Assembly: GCA_016180645.1 (NCBI GenBank)
Contig: JACPAV010000009.1
Coordinates: 1-64,000 of the forward strand
Direction: 5' to 3'
DNA from: Nitrospirota bacterium
GTDB taxonomy: Bacteria > JACPQY01
Length of the DNA: 64,000 nt
The position numbers and the translations under genes were made by a program. A model generated the notes under the pieces. That model was not told where the DNA came from and made no database searches. It worked only from the letters and a program-made list of their open reading frames with translations. This document shows positions 10,097-20,256 of the stretch, one piece after another (position 1 is the first letter of the stretch; each line of letters begins with the position of its first letter).

Positions 10097-11296
10097 ATGA
10101 GGGGTCCGCTCGCCGACCGCGTCAAAGAACTGAAGCCCTCGCCCACGCTCGCCATCACGGCCAAGGCCCGTGAGCTGCGCGCACAAGGCCACGACGTGGT
10201 GAGTTTCGGCGCCGGAGAACCGGATTTCGACACCCCGCAGAACGTGAAGGACGCCGCCTCCGCCGCTCTCCGCGCCGGCTTCACCAAGTACACGGCCGTG
10301 GGAGGGATCGACGACCTCAAAGCGGCCATCCGCGACCGTTTCCAGAAAGACTACACCCTCACGTACAAGCCGGAACAGATCGTCGTCTCCTGCGGAGCCA
10401 AGCACTCCCTGATGAACCTCTTCTGGGTCCTCCTCAATTCCGGCGATGAAGTCATCATCCCCGGCCCATACTGGGTGTCCTACCCGGAAATGGTGGCCCT
10501 CACCGGCGCCAAGCCCGTTCGGGTCATGGCCGAAGAGTCGGCCGGTTTCAAGGTCTCCGCGGATGCCGTGGCGCGCGCCGCCTCCAAACACACGAAGATG
10601 CTCATCCTCAACAGCCCGTGCAATCCCACCGGGGCCACCTACGCCAAATCGGATCTCGAGGAGATCGCCCGGGTCTGCTCCGAACACGACCTGTGGGTCA
10701 TCTCGGATGAGATATATGACAAACTCATCTACGGCGGCGCCGTGCACACGTCCTTCCCCACTTTGTCGCCGGACGCGTACGAACGAACCCTTCTTGTGAA
10801 TGGCGTGAGCAAGACGTACGCGATGACGGGGTGGCGGATCGGCTATGCGGCCGGGCGCGCGGACGTGATGAAAAGCGTTGCCGCTCTCCAGGGGCAAATG
10901 ACATCCAACCCGACCTCGATCGCGCAAAAAGCCGCCGCCGAGGCCCTCAAGGGCGAACAGAAAGCCGTGGGCGAAATGGTCCGGGCCTTCGACGAGCGCC
11001 GTAGGTACATGCACGAGCGGCTGGTCCGCATGGAAAGCGTTCGTTGCTACGAATCGAAGGGAGCCTTTTACCTCTTCCCCAACTTCTCCTTCTACTATGG
11101 GAAGAAAAAGAACGGATTCGCCGTCAACAACTCCACGGAGCTGACCCGCTATCTCCTGGAAGAAGCCAAGGTGGCCGTGGTGCCCGGCGTGGAATTCGGG
11201 GACGACCGGTGCGTGCGGCTCTCCTACGCTATTTCACTGGACGAGATCAAGAAAGGCATGGATCGAATTGAAGCGGCGCTGGCGCAACTGAAGTGA
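10097..11296 (+). CDS. aspC: PLP-dependent aminotransferase class I/II (aspartate aminotransferase)
   Basis: GAGEPDFDTP, NSPCNPTG, SDEIY, SKTYAMTGWRIGY. Confidence 0.9.
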   Translation: MRGPLADRVKELKPSPTLAITAKARELRAQGHDVVSFGAGEPDFDTPQNVKDAASAALRAGFTKYTAVGGIDDLKAAIRDRFQKDYTLTYKPEQIVVSCGAKHSLMNLFWVLLNSGDEVIIPGPYWVSYPEMVALTGAKPVRVMAEESAGFKVSADAVARAASKHTKMLILNSPCNPTGATYAKSDLEEIARVCSEHDLWVISDEIYDKLIYGGAVHTSFPTLSPDAYERTLLVNGVSKTYAMTGWRIGYAAGRADVMKSVAALQGQMTSNPTSIAQKAAAEALKGEQKAVGEMVRAFDERRRYMHERLVRMESVRCYESKGAFYLFPNFSFYYGKKKNGFAVNNSTELTRYLLEEAKVAVVPGVEFGDDRCVRLSYAISLDEIKKGMDRIEAALAQLK

Positions 11297-11306
11297 AGTG
11301 TGATGA

Positions 11307-11888
11307 GTGAAGAGTGAAGTGAAATCCAGGAAGAAGAAATCCAGATCCTCCGCCTCTCGTCACCCATCACCCATCACCCATCACGGAGCGCCCCGGCTCC
11401 CGCGGCTGTGGGCTCCCTGGCGGATGGAATACATTCAACGGGGCAATTCCGGCGGATGCATCTTCTGCACGCTCCCGGCCGCCAAGCGGGACGAAGAAAA
11501 CCTCATCCTCGCGCGGGCCCGGCACGGATTCGTGATCATGAACCGCTACCCCTATAGCAACGCGCACGTGATGGTTGCGCCGTATGAGCATACTTCGGAT
11601 CTCCTGGGCGTGAGCGAAGAGGCGCGCGGATCCCTCATGACTCTCGTCGGGCACGCCATTCGCATCCTTCAAACGGCCTACAAGGCCGACGGACTTAATA
11701 TCGGCGCAAACCTGGGCCGGGCAGCCGGCGCGGGCTACGACGGCCATCTCCATTTCCACGTCGTTCCCCGATGGCTGGGGGACACCAACTTCATGCCGAT
11801 TCTCGGTGAGACGAAAGTCATCACGCAATCTCTTTCCGATACCTACCGACAGCTCCTGCCCCACTTCCAAGCCGTTTCGACTGCGTGA
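11307..11888 (+). CDS. HIT domain protein (Ap4A phosphorylase-like)
   Basis: LWAPWRMEYI, CIFC, NRYPY, HLHFHVVPRW. The true start may lie downstream. Confidence 0.9.
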   Translation: MKSEVKSRKKKSRSSASRHPSPITHHGAPRLPRLWAPWRMEYIQRGNSGGCIFCTLPAAKRDEENLILARARHGFVIMNRYPYSNAHVMVAPYEHTSDLLGVSEEARGSLMTLVGHAIRILQTAYKADGLNIGANLGRAAGAGYDGHLHFHVVPRWLGDTNFMPILGETKVITQSLSDTYRQLLPHFQAVSTA

Positions 11889-11984
11889 ATGTGCATGGGT
11901 GAAGGGAATTCGACCCGTCAATACCGGCAAGATTCAGGACTGACCGCAAGCATCGCCGCTCACGGGATCACGGGGTCACGAGTC

Positions 11985-12746
11985 ATGAACATCCCAAGCC
12001 TACGGCCCACGGCTCGAAAACCCAACGGGCTGGCCGTGGAATTCCTGACCCGTCGCGGAGGAACCAGCCCGGTCCCCTACAACGATCTGAATCTCGGCAA
12101 CCGGGTGGGCGACGAGGAGTCCAACGTTCAACGGAACTTCGAACTCGTGGATACAGCCTTCGGCATCCGCCCCGGCCACCTGAAGGTGCTCCACCAGGTG
12201 CACGGAAATCGAATCCTGGTCGCGGGAATGGCGAAAAGCGAGAACGGAACCGCCGAGCCGGAAGCCGATGGATGGATAACGGATCAACCCGGACTCTTCA
12301 TCGGCATCCGAACGGCGGACTGTCTCCCCATCCTCGCGTGGGATGCGCAACGGGGCATCGTGGGCGCGGCCCACGCGGGCTGGAGAGGCACGCACGCCGG
12401 CATCGCCGGAGAACTCGTGAACCGATTCGGCAGGGATTTCGGATGCCGGCCATCCGATCTCCACTTCGCCCTGGGTCCGGCCATCGGCCCCTGCTGCTAC
12501 CACGTGGGAAAGGATTTGCTCGACACGATTGGAACGGCCGGAAAACCGTTTCTCTATGAAGCCCGCGGCTTCGTCTCGGTCGACCTCTGGGCCTGGAATC
12601 GAAGCCAACTCGTATCGGCTGGGGTGGAGCCGAAATCCATCGAGGCCATCAGCTTCTGCACCTCCTGCACCCCCGACCAGTTCTTCTCCAACCGTCGCGA
12701 CGGTCCCCGTACCGGCCGCCAGCTCTCCTTCATCGGACTCTCCTGA
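11985..12746 (+). CDS. pgeF: PgeF/YfiH family protein
   Basis: TRRGG, QVHG, TADCLP, HAGWRG, GPAIGPCCY, FFSNRR. Confidence 0.9.
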   Translation: MNIPSLRPTARKPNGLAVEFLTRRGGTSPVPYNDLNLGNRVGDEESNVQRNFELVDTAFGIRPGHLKVLHQVHGNRILVAGMAKSENGTAEPEADGWITDQPGLFIGIRTADCLPILAWDAQRGIVGAAHAGWRGTHAGIAGELVNRFGRDFGCRPSDLHFALGPAIGPCCYHVGKDLLDTIGTAGKPFLYEARGFVSVDLWAWNRSQLVSAGVEPKSIEAISFCTSCTPDQFFSNRRDGPRTGRQLSFIGLS

Positions 12747-12747
12747 C

Positions 12748-13935
12748 ATGTCGCGTCCCCGGACTCGAATCCTTGTTTATGTTGGAAAGGGCGGCGTGGG
12801 GAAGACCACGATGTCGGCGGCGACGGGACTGCATCTCGCGAAGCGAGGCGTAATGACACTCGTTGTCAGCACCGACCCCGCCCATACGCTTGGAGATCTT
12901 CTCGGCCGGCCTGTCCTCGGCGAGATCACCCGCCTAGCCCCGAACCTGGAGGCGTTGGAGATCAATCCATATCGTGAGATTGAGCGGCGATCCAAGGAGA
13001 TCCTCCGATATCTCCGCCACCTTATGGCCGGCCGGGGCTACCACGACATGATGATCCAGGAACTCCTCACCTTTCCGGGAGTCGACGAAATCGTTTCCCT
13101 CATGCGGCTCAAGGAGCTTCACGCCGACGGGCGTTGGGAGGCTATCGTGGTCGATACCGCTCCCTCCGGAGGCGCGCTCAAGCTCTTCGTCCTCCCCGAA
13201 GCTGCTCACTGGTACATGAACAAGATCTACCCGGGAGAGAAGAAACTCCTCCTTCTCCTCAAGCCGCTGGCAGATCGAATCACGGCCTCCGCACTCCCCG
13301 ATGCGCCCGTCTACGACGCGCTCGAAAGCCTCTACGGCGATCTCGTGGACATCAAGGACATCCTGAAAGACCGAAAAACAACCTCCTTCCGGCTCGTGCT
13401 CACCCCCGAGCAACTCGTTCTCCAGGAAAGCATGCGCGTATACGCTTACTTGTCCCTCCACGGATTTCAGACCGATTGCGTGATTGTGAACAAAGACCGA
13501 GGCGCGTTGCCCCGCCGGAACGGGAGTCCGGGCGAATCCGTTTCTGAAAAGATTCGCGAAACGTTCCCCGATCTCAAGATCCTCCGACTGGAACACGCCC
13601 GCCGAGATCCCACCGATCGACAAGTTCTCCTTGGGTTCGCCCGCGAAGTCTACCGACAGGCGGATCCGCTCAGGGTCATGTCGCGTACCAATCCCATCGA
13701 ATATGAGATAGACGGCGGCGGAATCAAGCTGTTTGTCCGCATGCCCGGACTGCGCAAGAGCGAACTGAAACTCCACACTCACAATCGGCATCTCGTTCTG
13801 GAAGCACGGAACGTCCGACGGATCGTCCCCCTGCCCGACTCGTTCTCGGAGTACCAGGCGGATGGAGCGCGACTTGAGGGCGGAATCCTCCGCGTGGATT
13901 TCAAGCCCAACGTCATCCGGAAACTGCACCCATGA
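12748..13935 (+). CDS. ArsA/Get3 family ATPase with C-terminal HSP20-like domain
   Basis: GKGGVGKTT, STDPAH, DTAPSG; the C-terminus RRIVPLP...ARLEGGILRVDF is alpha-crystallin-like. Confidence 0.85.
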   Translation: MSRPRTRILVYVGKGGVGKTTMSAATGLHLAKRGVMTLVVSTDPAHTLGDLLGRPVLGEITRLAPNLEALEINPYREIERRSKEILRYLRHLMAGRGYHDMMIQELLTFPGVDEIVSLMRLKELHADGRWEAIVVDTAPSGGALKLFVLPEAAHWYMNKIYPGEKKLLLLLKPLADRITASALPDAPVYDALESLYGDLVDIKDILKDRKTTSFRLVLTPEQLVLQESMRVYAYLSLHGFQTDCVIVNKDRGALPRRNGSPGESVSEKIRETFPDLKILRLEHARRDPTDRQVLLGFAREVYRQADPLRVMSRTNPIEYEIDGGGIKLFVRMPGLRKSELKLHTHNRHLVLEARNVRRIVPLPDSFSEYQADGARLEGGILRVDFKPNVIRKLHP

Positions 13936-14423
13936 GCGTTTCCAAATCGACCACCCCCCGCACCCGCCGAAGCTCCCGTCGTCCCCTTCCGCCGGCCGGC
14001 TCGGAATTCATCGAGGAATCGCGCGACCATTTCTACCGCGCGGGGATGGAATTCCTCCTGGCCCTCCGGACTTTTGGAGAAGGCTGGCTCGCCCGGATGG
14101 ACATAAGCACGGAGCGCCCGGATTCATGGACGGATTCGCTCCGGACGATCCTCAATGAAATCGCGCATCTCACAGAGACCTACGCGAAGGGGGGGCCGGA
14201 TATCCGCCAGGGAAACGCCCTTCAGGAACTGATCGAGGTGCTCGACGCCGAGCTGGATGCCATCACCCCCCCGATGGACGAGCACAAGCGGGCCTATCGC
14301 GATGCACTCCTTGGGGTCAAACGTGTCCTCGCCCGGCGGGGTGTATCCCACCGCTCTCCTGAATCGGCAAAAACCTCATCGACGGTCGCCAGGACGGGCT
14401 TCCGCCCTGTGCGTATTGATTGA
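13932..14423 (+). CDS. Hypothetical helical protein coupled to the ArsA gene
   Basis: ATGA overlap with the ArsA stop; ends VRID. Confidence 0.6.
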   Translation: MSVSKSTTPRTRRSSRRPLPPAGSEFIEESRDHFYRAGMEFLLALRTFGEGWLARMDISTERPDSWTDSLRTILNEIAHLTETYAKGGPDIRQGNALQELIEVLDAELDAITPPMDEHKRAYRDALLGVKRVLARRGVSHRSPESAKTSSTVARTGFRPVRID

Positions 14424-14461
14424 TCGATCCCCCGGAAATCGGTCTCGCAGCCGAGGCTGGA

Positions 14462-14641
14462 TCAATCCGAGGTCCTGGAACCGAGGAACCAGCCCACGCC
14501 GAAGATGGCCGAGCCGATGGATAGAAGGACATAGTCAAGAAAGCCCCCCGGGCCGGGCGCCATGAACCGGAAGGCCGCCACAGCCCCTACGAACAACCCA
14601 GTGATTTCGAAGCCCAATGGGATGCTCCGCACAAGAAACAA
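14462..14641 (-). CDS. Possible small membrane protein (59 aa)
   Basis: TTG-start ORF with two hydrophobic stretches (ITGLFVGAVAAF; YVLLSIGSAIFGVGWFLG), just below the ORF-track cutoff. Confidence 0.3.
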   Translation of the reverse strand: MFLVRSIPLGFEITGLFVGAVAAFRFMAPGPGGFLDYVLLSIGSAIFGVGWFLGSRTSD

Positions 14642-14702
14642 TAGTAGCGCGCTTCCGCACGATCTTCAAATCCCTCCCCATCGGAGATAGAATAGGCGCG
14701 AC

Positions 14703-15527
14703 ATGAGAGCCTCCAGCCTCACCGCCGTCTCCGGCCAATGGATCGAGAACTTGGGCGGTGGGCTTCTCGAGCGGATGGAGCAGTTCCGCGGTGTATCCTC
14801 CCTTCTCCGTGAATCCCTCTGGAAAGCCATTCGAATGGGCGGAACGGGCCGGCGCACGCTCTGGCGGGTCTTCACCCGTCAATTCTATTTCACGGGCGTC
14901 CAGGCGTTCGGCATCGTGGGCGTGGTCAGCCTCGTCATCGGCATCGTCCTCGTAGTGGAAGTCATGAGCCTGGCGCGCGATGCCGCCGCTCAAGGACTTC
15001 TGGGGAATCTCATGGTGTGGATCGTGTTCCGGGAACTCGCGCCGCTCCTCACCATGCTGCTCGTCATTGCGCGGAGCGGAACGGCGATTAGTTCCGAAAT
15101 GGCCACGATGAAACTGGGCGGCGAAATTCAGGAATTGGAATTCATGGGAATTGATCCCGTTCACTATCTTGTCGTGCCGCGCCTCCTGGCCGCGTCGCTT
15201 TCCATGGTCTGCCTCAATTTCTCCTTTTCGCTCATCGCGATCCTGGGCGGTATCACCATGGCGTGGGCCCTCATGGATGCATCGTGGGGAAACCTCGTGG
15301 GCGACGTCCTCGGCACGATGAAGCTGTCCGGCATTTTCTTCAGTTTCCTCAAGTCCTTCCTCTCCGGACTCCTCGTGGCCGCGATTTGCTGCTACCGGGG
15401 CCTGCAAGTCCAACAGAGCCCGACTGAAATTCCGCGGGAGACGGCGCGGGCCGTGGTGGAAAGCCTCACCGCCGCTTTCGCCGTCAGCGGCCTTGTGTCC
15501 GCCGTTTTCTATCTCTTCTTCGCCTGA
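14703..15527 (+). CDS. mlaE: MlaE-family ABC permease
   Basis: RELAPLLT, ARSGTAISSEMATM, MGIDPVHYLVVPR. Confidence 0.9.
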   Translation: MRASSLTAVSGQWIENLGGGLLERMEQFRGVSSLLRESLWKAIRMGGTGRRTLWRVFTRQFYFTGVQAFGIVGVVSLVIGIVLVVEVMSLARDAAAQGLLGNLMVWIVFRELAPLLTMLLVIARSGTAISSEMATMKLGGEIQELEFMGIDPVHYLVVPRLLAASLSMVCLNFSFSLIAILGGITMAWALMDASWGNLVGDVLGTMKLSGIFFSFLKSFLSGLLVAAICCYRGLQVQQSPTEIPRETARAVVESLTAAFAVSGLVSAVFYLFFA

Positions 15528-15582
15528 TGGATCTGCGATCTCAAATCTCAAATCTGAAATCACCGGACCACGAGGTCGTGGG

Positions 15583-16254
15583 GTGATCGATATCCTGGAT
15601 CTCCAAGTCACAAACAAGGACGGCCATCCCGTCTTCGATCACGCGGAACTGCGTCTGGATAAGGGGGTGCGCGTCGGCGTGCACGGTCACCACGGCACTG
15701 GGAAGACTCTCCTGATCCAACTTCTCATGGGCGAGGCCAGACCGACCCGGGGAGAGATCAAGCTGGACGGACTATCACTCTTTTCACTTCCGAGGCCTGA
15801 ACTTTTCAGGTTGCGAAAGAACGTCGGCTACATACCCAGAGACGACGCCCTGATCAACAATCTGCCGATCCTTGAAAATCTGGTGTTTCCCGCCTTGTAT
15901 CACGCCCTCTGCGCGGAAGCGGAGGCGTTGGAACGGGCGCTGGCCGCTATTGATATCATCGGCATGCGGGGAATTCTCCACCAGATGCCGGGCGCCATCT
16001 CGCAGGGGCAGCGCCGCATCCTCTCCGCGGTTCGCGCGCTGGTGGGGCGCCCTAAGTTCATGTTCGGCGACGACATCACTTTCGGCCTCCAGGCGGCGGA
16101 TCTCAAAATCCTGGCCTCCCTGATCGAATGGTCGGGACGGGTTTTCCCGGACCTGTGCTGGTTCGTCACCTCTCTCAACCACCTTTCATTGGAACACCTC
16201 GGACTGAATCGGATCCTGGCCATCGAGCACGGCCGGTTCAAAGGGGCAAATTGA
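15583..16254 (+). CDS. MlaF-like ABC ATP-binding protein with degenerate motifs
   Basis: Walker A GHHGTGKT, signature ISQGQ, Walker B FMFGDD; lies between mlaE and the MCE gene. Confidence 0.75.
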   Translation: MIDILDLQVTNKDGHPVFDHAELRLDKGVRVGVHGHHGTGKTLLIQLLMGEARPTRGEIKLDGLSLFSLPRPELFRLRKNVGYIPRDDALINNLPILENLVFPALYHALCAEAEALERALAAIDIIGMRGILHQMPGAISQGQRRILSAVRALVGRPKFMFGDDITFGLQAADLKILASLIEWSGRVFPDLCWFVTSLNHLSLEHLGLNRILAIEHGRFKGAN

Positions 16255-18026
16255 TGGCCGACGCGACGCTCCAGACTCCCGCCTACAAACGGATGAAACG
16301 CCGCGCGGGCCTCCTGGGCTTGTTGGTGTCGGGTACTCTGATTGTAGCGGGTGTGTTCATCGCGCGCGAAAAAGGACTCTTCACTCAAACACGGGAGTAT
16401 CGAATCCGAGCGAAAACAGGAAATGATTTGTTCGTCGGGATGGACGTCAAGCTCCTGGGCGTCAAGATCGGCACGCTCAAAGAGCTCCGCATGACGCCGG
16501 AAGCCAAGATTTCAGGCGTGGTCGAAGTCGATTCCGCGTTTGAGCGATGGGTTCGAGCGGACTCCGAACTTCAAATTCTGAAGTCCGGCTTTATCGGCGG
16601 GGCCTACCTGGAAATGACAAAGGGGACTCCCGAGGCTCCCGCCCTTCCCGTGATGGGAACGATCGATGTCCGCGCGGTGGGCGGGTTGGAGGATATCGCC
16701 GAAAATGTCAGCCAACTCATCGGAAGGTTGAACAAGGTGGTGGAGTACATCGACGACCCCGGCGGCGACGTAAAGAAAACCCTCGTCCATGCCGAGCACA
16801 TCGCGGGGGACGTGGAACTGATGATGGCCGACATCCACAAGGCGTCGCCGGATGTGCCGAAAATTTCCAAGAATGTCGCGGATGCCACCGAAAAGGCCAA
16901 TGCGCTGATCGCTTCCACGCAGGAAACCGTCGAGAAAATGACGCAGATCGCCGAGCGACTCGATGAAGTGATGGTGCTGGTGAAGGAAACCGCCTCGAAG
17001 ATTACCCTCGCGGCACAGGACGCGCAGAAAATGATCGGCGACGTCGGCCGCGTCGCCTCCACCCTTCCGGAAACGGTGGATACCGCCGAACGCGCCCTGC
17101 GGGAAGTGACCAACCTGAGCCGGGACCTCCGCGAAGGGTGGCTGGTCAAATCCATCTCCAAGGAGGAAGGCGACAAGGGCGGACCGAAGCTTCAGACGGT
17201 GAAAAGACTGCTCGCCGACACCGAGATCGCAATCTCGGAGGAGAAATTCGATACGGCGCTGGCCAAATTGGCCCGGGCACTCGAAACGGCAAGAAGCATC
17301 GATGACCAGGAGGGCATTCTTCGAGGGCTCACGCTGCTCGGGAGCGTGTATCAGCAGATCGACCGCGAGAATGAAGCGGAGAAGCCATTGAAGGAAGCGT
17401 ATGCGCGATCGGCTTCGATGACGCTCTCTCCTCAAGCCGCAGAGGCGGCGATCCGATGGGCCGAGTGGAACGTGAACCGGAGCGACTTCGCCGAGGCATC
17501 GACCGCGCTCCGGCGCGCTGAACCTTTCGCCGAGAAGCAGAAAGACAGCCCCGCCGCTCTTCGGTTTCGCTGGGTGCGCGCGCTCACCCTCGCCGGCCAG
17601 GGCCAACTCGATTCCGCCGGCTCCGAAATTCAACTCGCGGTGAAAAGGGCGGACAGGGTCTTGAAACCGCTGGATCGCGGACGAGTCTACGAAGCGGCGG
17701 GCGACATTGCAGTGATACAGGGGCGGGCAGGCGAATCGGTATCTCTATACGATGCGGCCCTGCAAAGTTACAAGAACTCCGCAACGTCCGTGAAAATCGG
17801 CCGAACCCTGGTGAAGTTGGCCCAAGCCTATCAATCGCAGAAACAACCGGAACGATCGCTCGAACACCTCGCGCGGGCGTACGACGTCCAGAAGGCCAGC
17901 GGCCAGAATGACTCGGCCCTGCAGACGCTTGACACGATGGTGCCCATCCTCAAGGAGAAAAAGGCCGCCGACCAGCTCTCCTGGGTGGAGCAGGAAAAGA
18001 AAACACTCCGCCGCCCGGGGAAGTAG
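16254..18026 (+). CDS. MCE/MlaD protein with helical stalk and C-terminal TPR-like repeats
   Basis: TM helix, LFVGMDVKLLGVKIG, GFIGGAYLEMTKG, coiled region, then TPR-like helices. Confidence 0.8.
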   Translation: MADATLQTPAYKRMKRRAGLLGLLVSGTLIVAGVFIAREKGLFTQTREYRIRAKTGNDLFVGMDVKLLGVKIGTLKELRMTPEAKISGVVEVDSAFERWVRADSELQILKSGFIGGAYLEMTKGTPEAPALPVMGTIDVRAVGGLEDIAENVSQLIGRLNKVVEYIDDPGGDVKKTLVHAEHIAGDVELMMADIHKASPDVPKISKNVADATEKANALIASTQETVEKMTQIAERLDEVMVLVKETASKITLAAQDAQKMIGDVGRVASTLPETVDTAERALREVTNLSRDLREGWLVKSISKEEGDKGGPKLQTVKRLLADTEIAISEEKFDTALAKLARALETARSIDDQEGILRGLTLLGSVYQQIDRENEAEKPLKEAYARSASMTLSPQAAEAAIRWAEWNVNRSDFAEASTALRRAEPFAEKQKDSPAALRFRWVRALTLAGQGQLDSAGSEIQLAVKRADRVLKPLDRGRVYEAAGDIAVIQGRAGESVSLYDAALQSYKNSATSVKIGRTLVKLAQAYQSQKQPERSLEHLARAYDVQKASGQNDSALQTLDTMVPILKEKKAADQLSWVEQEKKTLRRPGK

Positions 18027-18033
18027 CCGAATT

Positions 18034-20256
18034 CTACCGATTTTCCGGGGGAAGAGGGACAGACGCAGTCGTCCGGCCGAAATCGGAAATCGGGTTTACC
18101 TTTACGCCCCGATTGGAAAGCGTGACCACATCGTCTTGAATCACGATGCTTCGAGTGGGATTGACGTAGCAGTAGGAATACTGCTTCGGCGTCGGTTCCG
18201 TGCAAAACTCCCAATGGTCCACCTGGCCGAGAAGTTGGAAGCCCGATGCAGTCGTCACGTTGTAAACTTGGTGCCCCGAAAAGCCTGACGTCCGGTAGGA
18301 ACCCTTCCCTTTTTCATAGCTCCACTCGCTCCATTCCAAGGGAAGAGCCAGCAAGTTTTTCGGCGCGAAATAGTTGAAGGCCAGGTGATCATAGGTCGCT
18401 TTCGAATACCCTGTCGGAATGCTGAGCTTGTGGATCCGCAGGGGATTATTCAGGTCTCCCACGTCGAACATCGAGAGCGCCAAGCCCAGGATTCGACCGT
18501 CGGCGTCCCCGTCGTACCCGATGGATAGCAGATGCGTATCATCCATGGGGTGCAGGTAGGTCGAATACCCCGGCAGTTCCAATTTGCCGGCGAGTTTGGG
18601 AGCGGTGGGATCTTTCAAATCGATGACAAAAAGCGGATCCGTCTGCCGGAACGTGACGACGTAGCCGGCGTCCCCGATGAATCGCGCCGCATAGAGCGAT
18701 TCGTTGGCGGCAAAGCCCCTGGCCTCGCCGACGATGGCCAATGCACCCCCCTGCTGCTGCAAGACAAAGACGTTGTTCTTCGGCGCCCATTCACCAGTTC
18801 CCCAGGTGCGTCCCTCGGTCGTCGCCGCGCGGAGCAAGTTCCGAAATTCGCCCATGCTGAACTGATTTAGGAGATGACCCGGCACCGATCCGCTGGCCAC
18901 GTAGGCCGGATTCACGGGATCCGAAGCCAGATCGAACTTGTGGATACTCGTGCTTTCCTCGCCGGGCTCCCGTGCGGCGCCGTTGGTGTACCAGAAATAA
19001 GGGGGAAAATATGATTGCGTGATGTAGAGGCTGTTCGTAGAGGCATACGCGATGCCCGGATACCCGATGATGGAGGTATGCCCCAAGTCCCCTTGCGAAT
19101 CTTCCATGGGATAGGAGTAGACGCTGATGAAGCCCTGGCCGGCGTCGTCGGTCGAAGGGAGGAAGAACCGGCTGCAATCGGTCTCCGTGTAGTCTTTCAC
19201 AACCGTTTCGGCGCCAGGAGGGCTTGCCGTGCCTGGAGCGCCAGGGACGGCGGCGGAGGGTGCGGTGCCGATCAGGATCTTGACCCTCACCTTCGGGATG
19301 TATCGCTCCAGCTCAAGGGCGTACGCGCCGATGAAATAGGGATCGTCCCGCGATGGATCGTAGCCGATCATTTCCGAGGGATTGAAGTTGGCAAGGGAGA
19401 GAACCAGCACGGCACGGCTTCCGATCATTCTGGACGTCGAGTAACCGCCTTCAAGGTAAGTCTCCCGCACCACCTTGGGCTGCGTACGATCGGATACGTC
19501 CAGCATGGTCAGCTTGGTCAGCGGCCGATAGAGATAGGAAGCACCGTATGGATTGAAATATGCCATGGACTTCGGGGTGGATTCCTCCTTCCTACGCGCC
19601 ACGATCCGGTGACCCGTGGAGAACACCACGACGCGATTCCCCTTCAAATACATGTCACGGGCGCTGCCCTCGATCGCCGTACGGGAAAGAAGGCGGGTGC
19701 TTTCCGCGGGACGGGAAGCGAGGATCACCAGATGGCCGTTTGAAAGGAGGTAGATAAAGTTTCCGTCGGTCTTGACGAAGTCGGCTTCGTCCACCCCCGC
19801 CTCCTGAACGTTCGTGGTGCTGTAGTCTACGCCGGCCGTGAGGGGCTGCTCCCCACCGCTCTTGCCGCTCCCGGAACCCACGTCGGAGGAAACGACTGAA
19901 GTGTCCAGTACGCTGATGCCCCCCTCAGGGATTCCCCCGGCAGCATAGCCGTATGAGCCTTCCAAGCAGGACCAGGACTTCGAGAAAAGACTGTCACCCT
20001 GTTGCGCTTCGCTCACGCACTTCGCGTACTGCGCATTGGCCTCGTCCACGATGGATTGAAGATACCGCCTCAGCGATTCCCGAATCTCGTCGCACGATTC
20101 GGCCTTCCGAAGGGGAGCCGGATTCACCTGGAGAGACGGCAGAAGATTCTTCGGACCCTCGCCAAGCGAATTCCCCTGGGATGCCGAGTCCCCTTGGCAA
20201 GAGGACATCGCCGAGAGGATCCCGGCGATGAGGAACAATTGCCGGACTCGAATCAT
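18034..20256 (-). CDS. Secreted beta-propeller domain lipoprotein
   Basis: Lipobox-like SSC, YSTTNVQEAGVDEADFVKTDG, LLNQFSM, VTFRQTDPLFVIDL, PGYSTYLHP. Confidence 0.85.
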   Translation of the reverse strand: MIRVRQLFLIAGILSAMSSCQGDSASQGNSLGEGPKNLLPSLQVNPAPLRKAESCDEIRESLRRYLQSIVDEANAQYAKCVSEAQQGDSLFSKSWSCLEGSYGYAAGGIPEGGISVLDTSVVSSDVGSGSGKSGGEQPLTAGVDYSTTNVQEAGVDEADFVKTDGNFIYLLSNGHLVILASRPAESTRLLSRTAIEGSARDMYLKGNRVVVFSTGHRIVARRKEESTPKSMAYFNPYGASYLYRPLTKLTMLDVSDRTQPKVVRETYLEGGYSTSRMIGSRAVLVLSLANFNPSEMIGYDPSRDDPYFIGAYALELERYIPKVRVKILIGTAPSAAVPGAPGTASPPGAETVVKDYTETDCSRFFLPSTDDAGQGFISVYSYPMEDSQGDLGHTSIIGYPGIAYASTNSLYITQSYFPPYFWYTNGAAREPGEESTSIHKFDLASDPVNPAYVASGSVPGHLLNQFSMGEFRNLLRAATTEGRTWGTGEWAPKNNVFVLQQQGGALAIVGEARGFAANESLYAARFIGDAGYVVTFRQTDPLFVIDLKDPTAPKLAGKLELPGYSTYLHPMDDTHLLSIGYDGDADGRILGLALSMFDVGDLNNPLRIHKLSIPTGYSKATYDHLAFNYFAPKNLLALPLEWSEWSYEKGKGSYRTSGFSGHQVYNVTTASGFQLLGQVDHWEFCTEPTPKQYSYCYVNPTRSIVIQDDVVTLSNRGVKVNPISDFGRTTASVPLPPENR

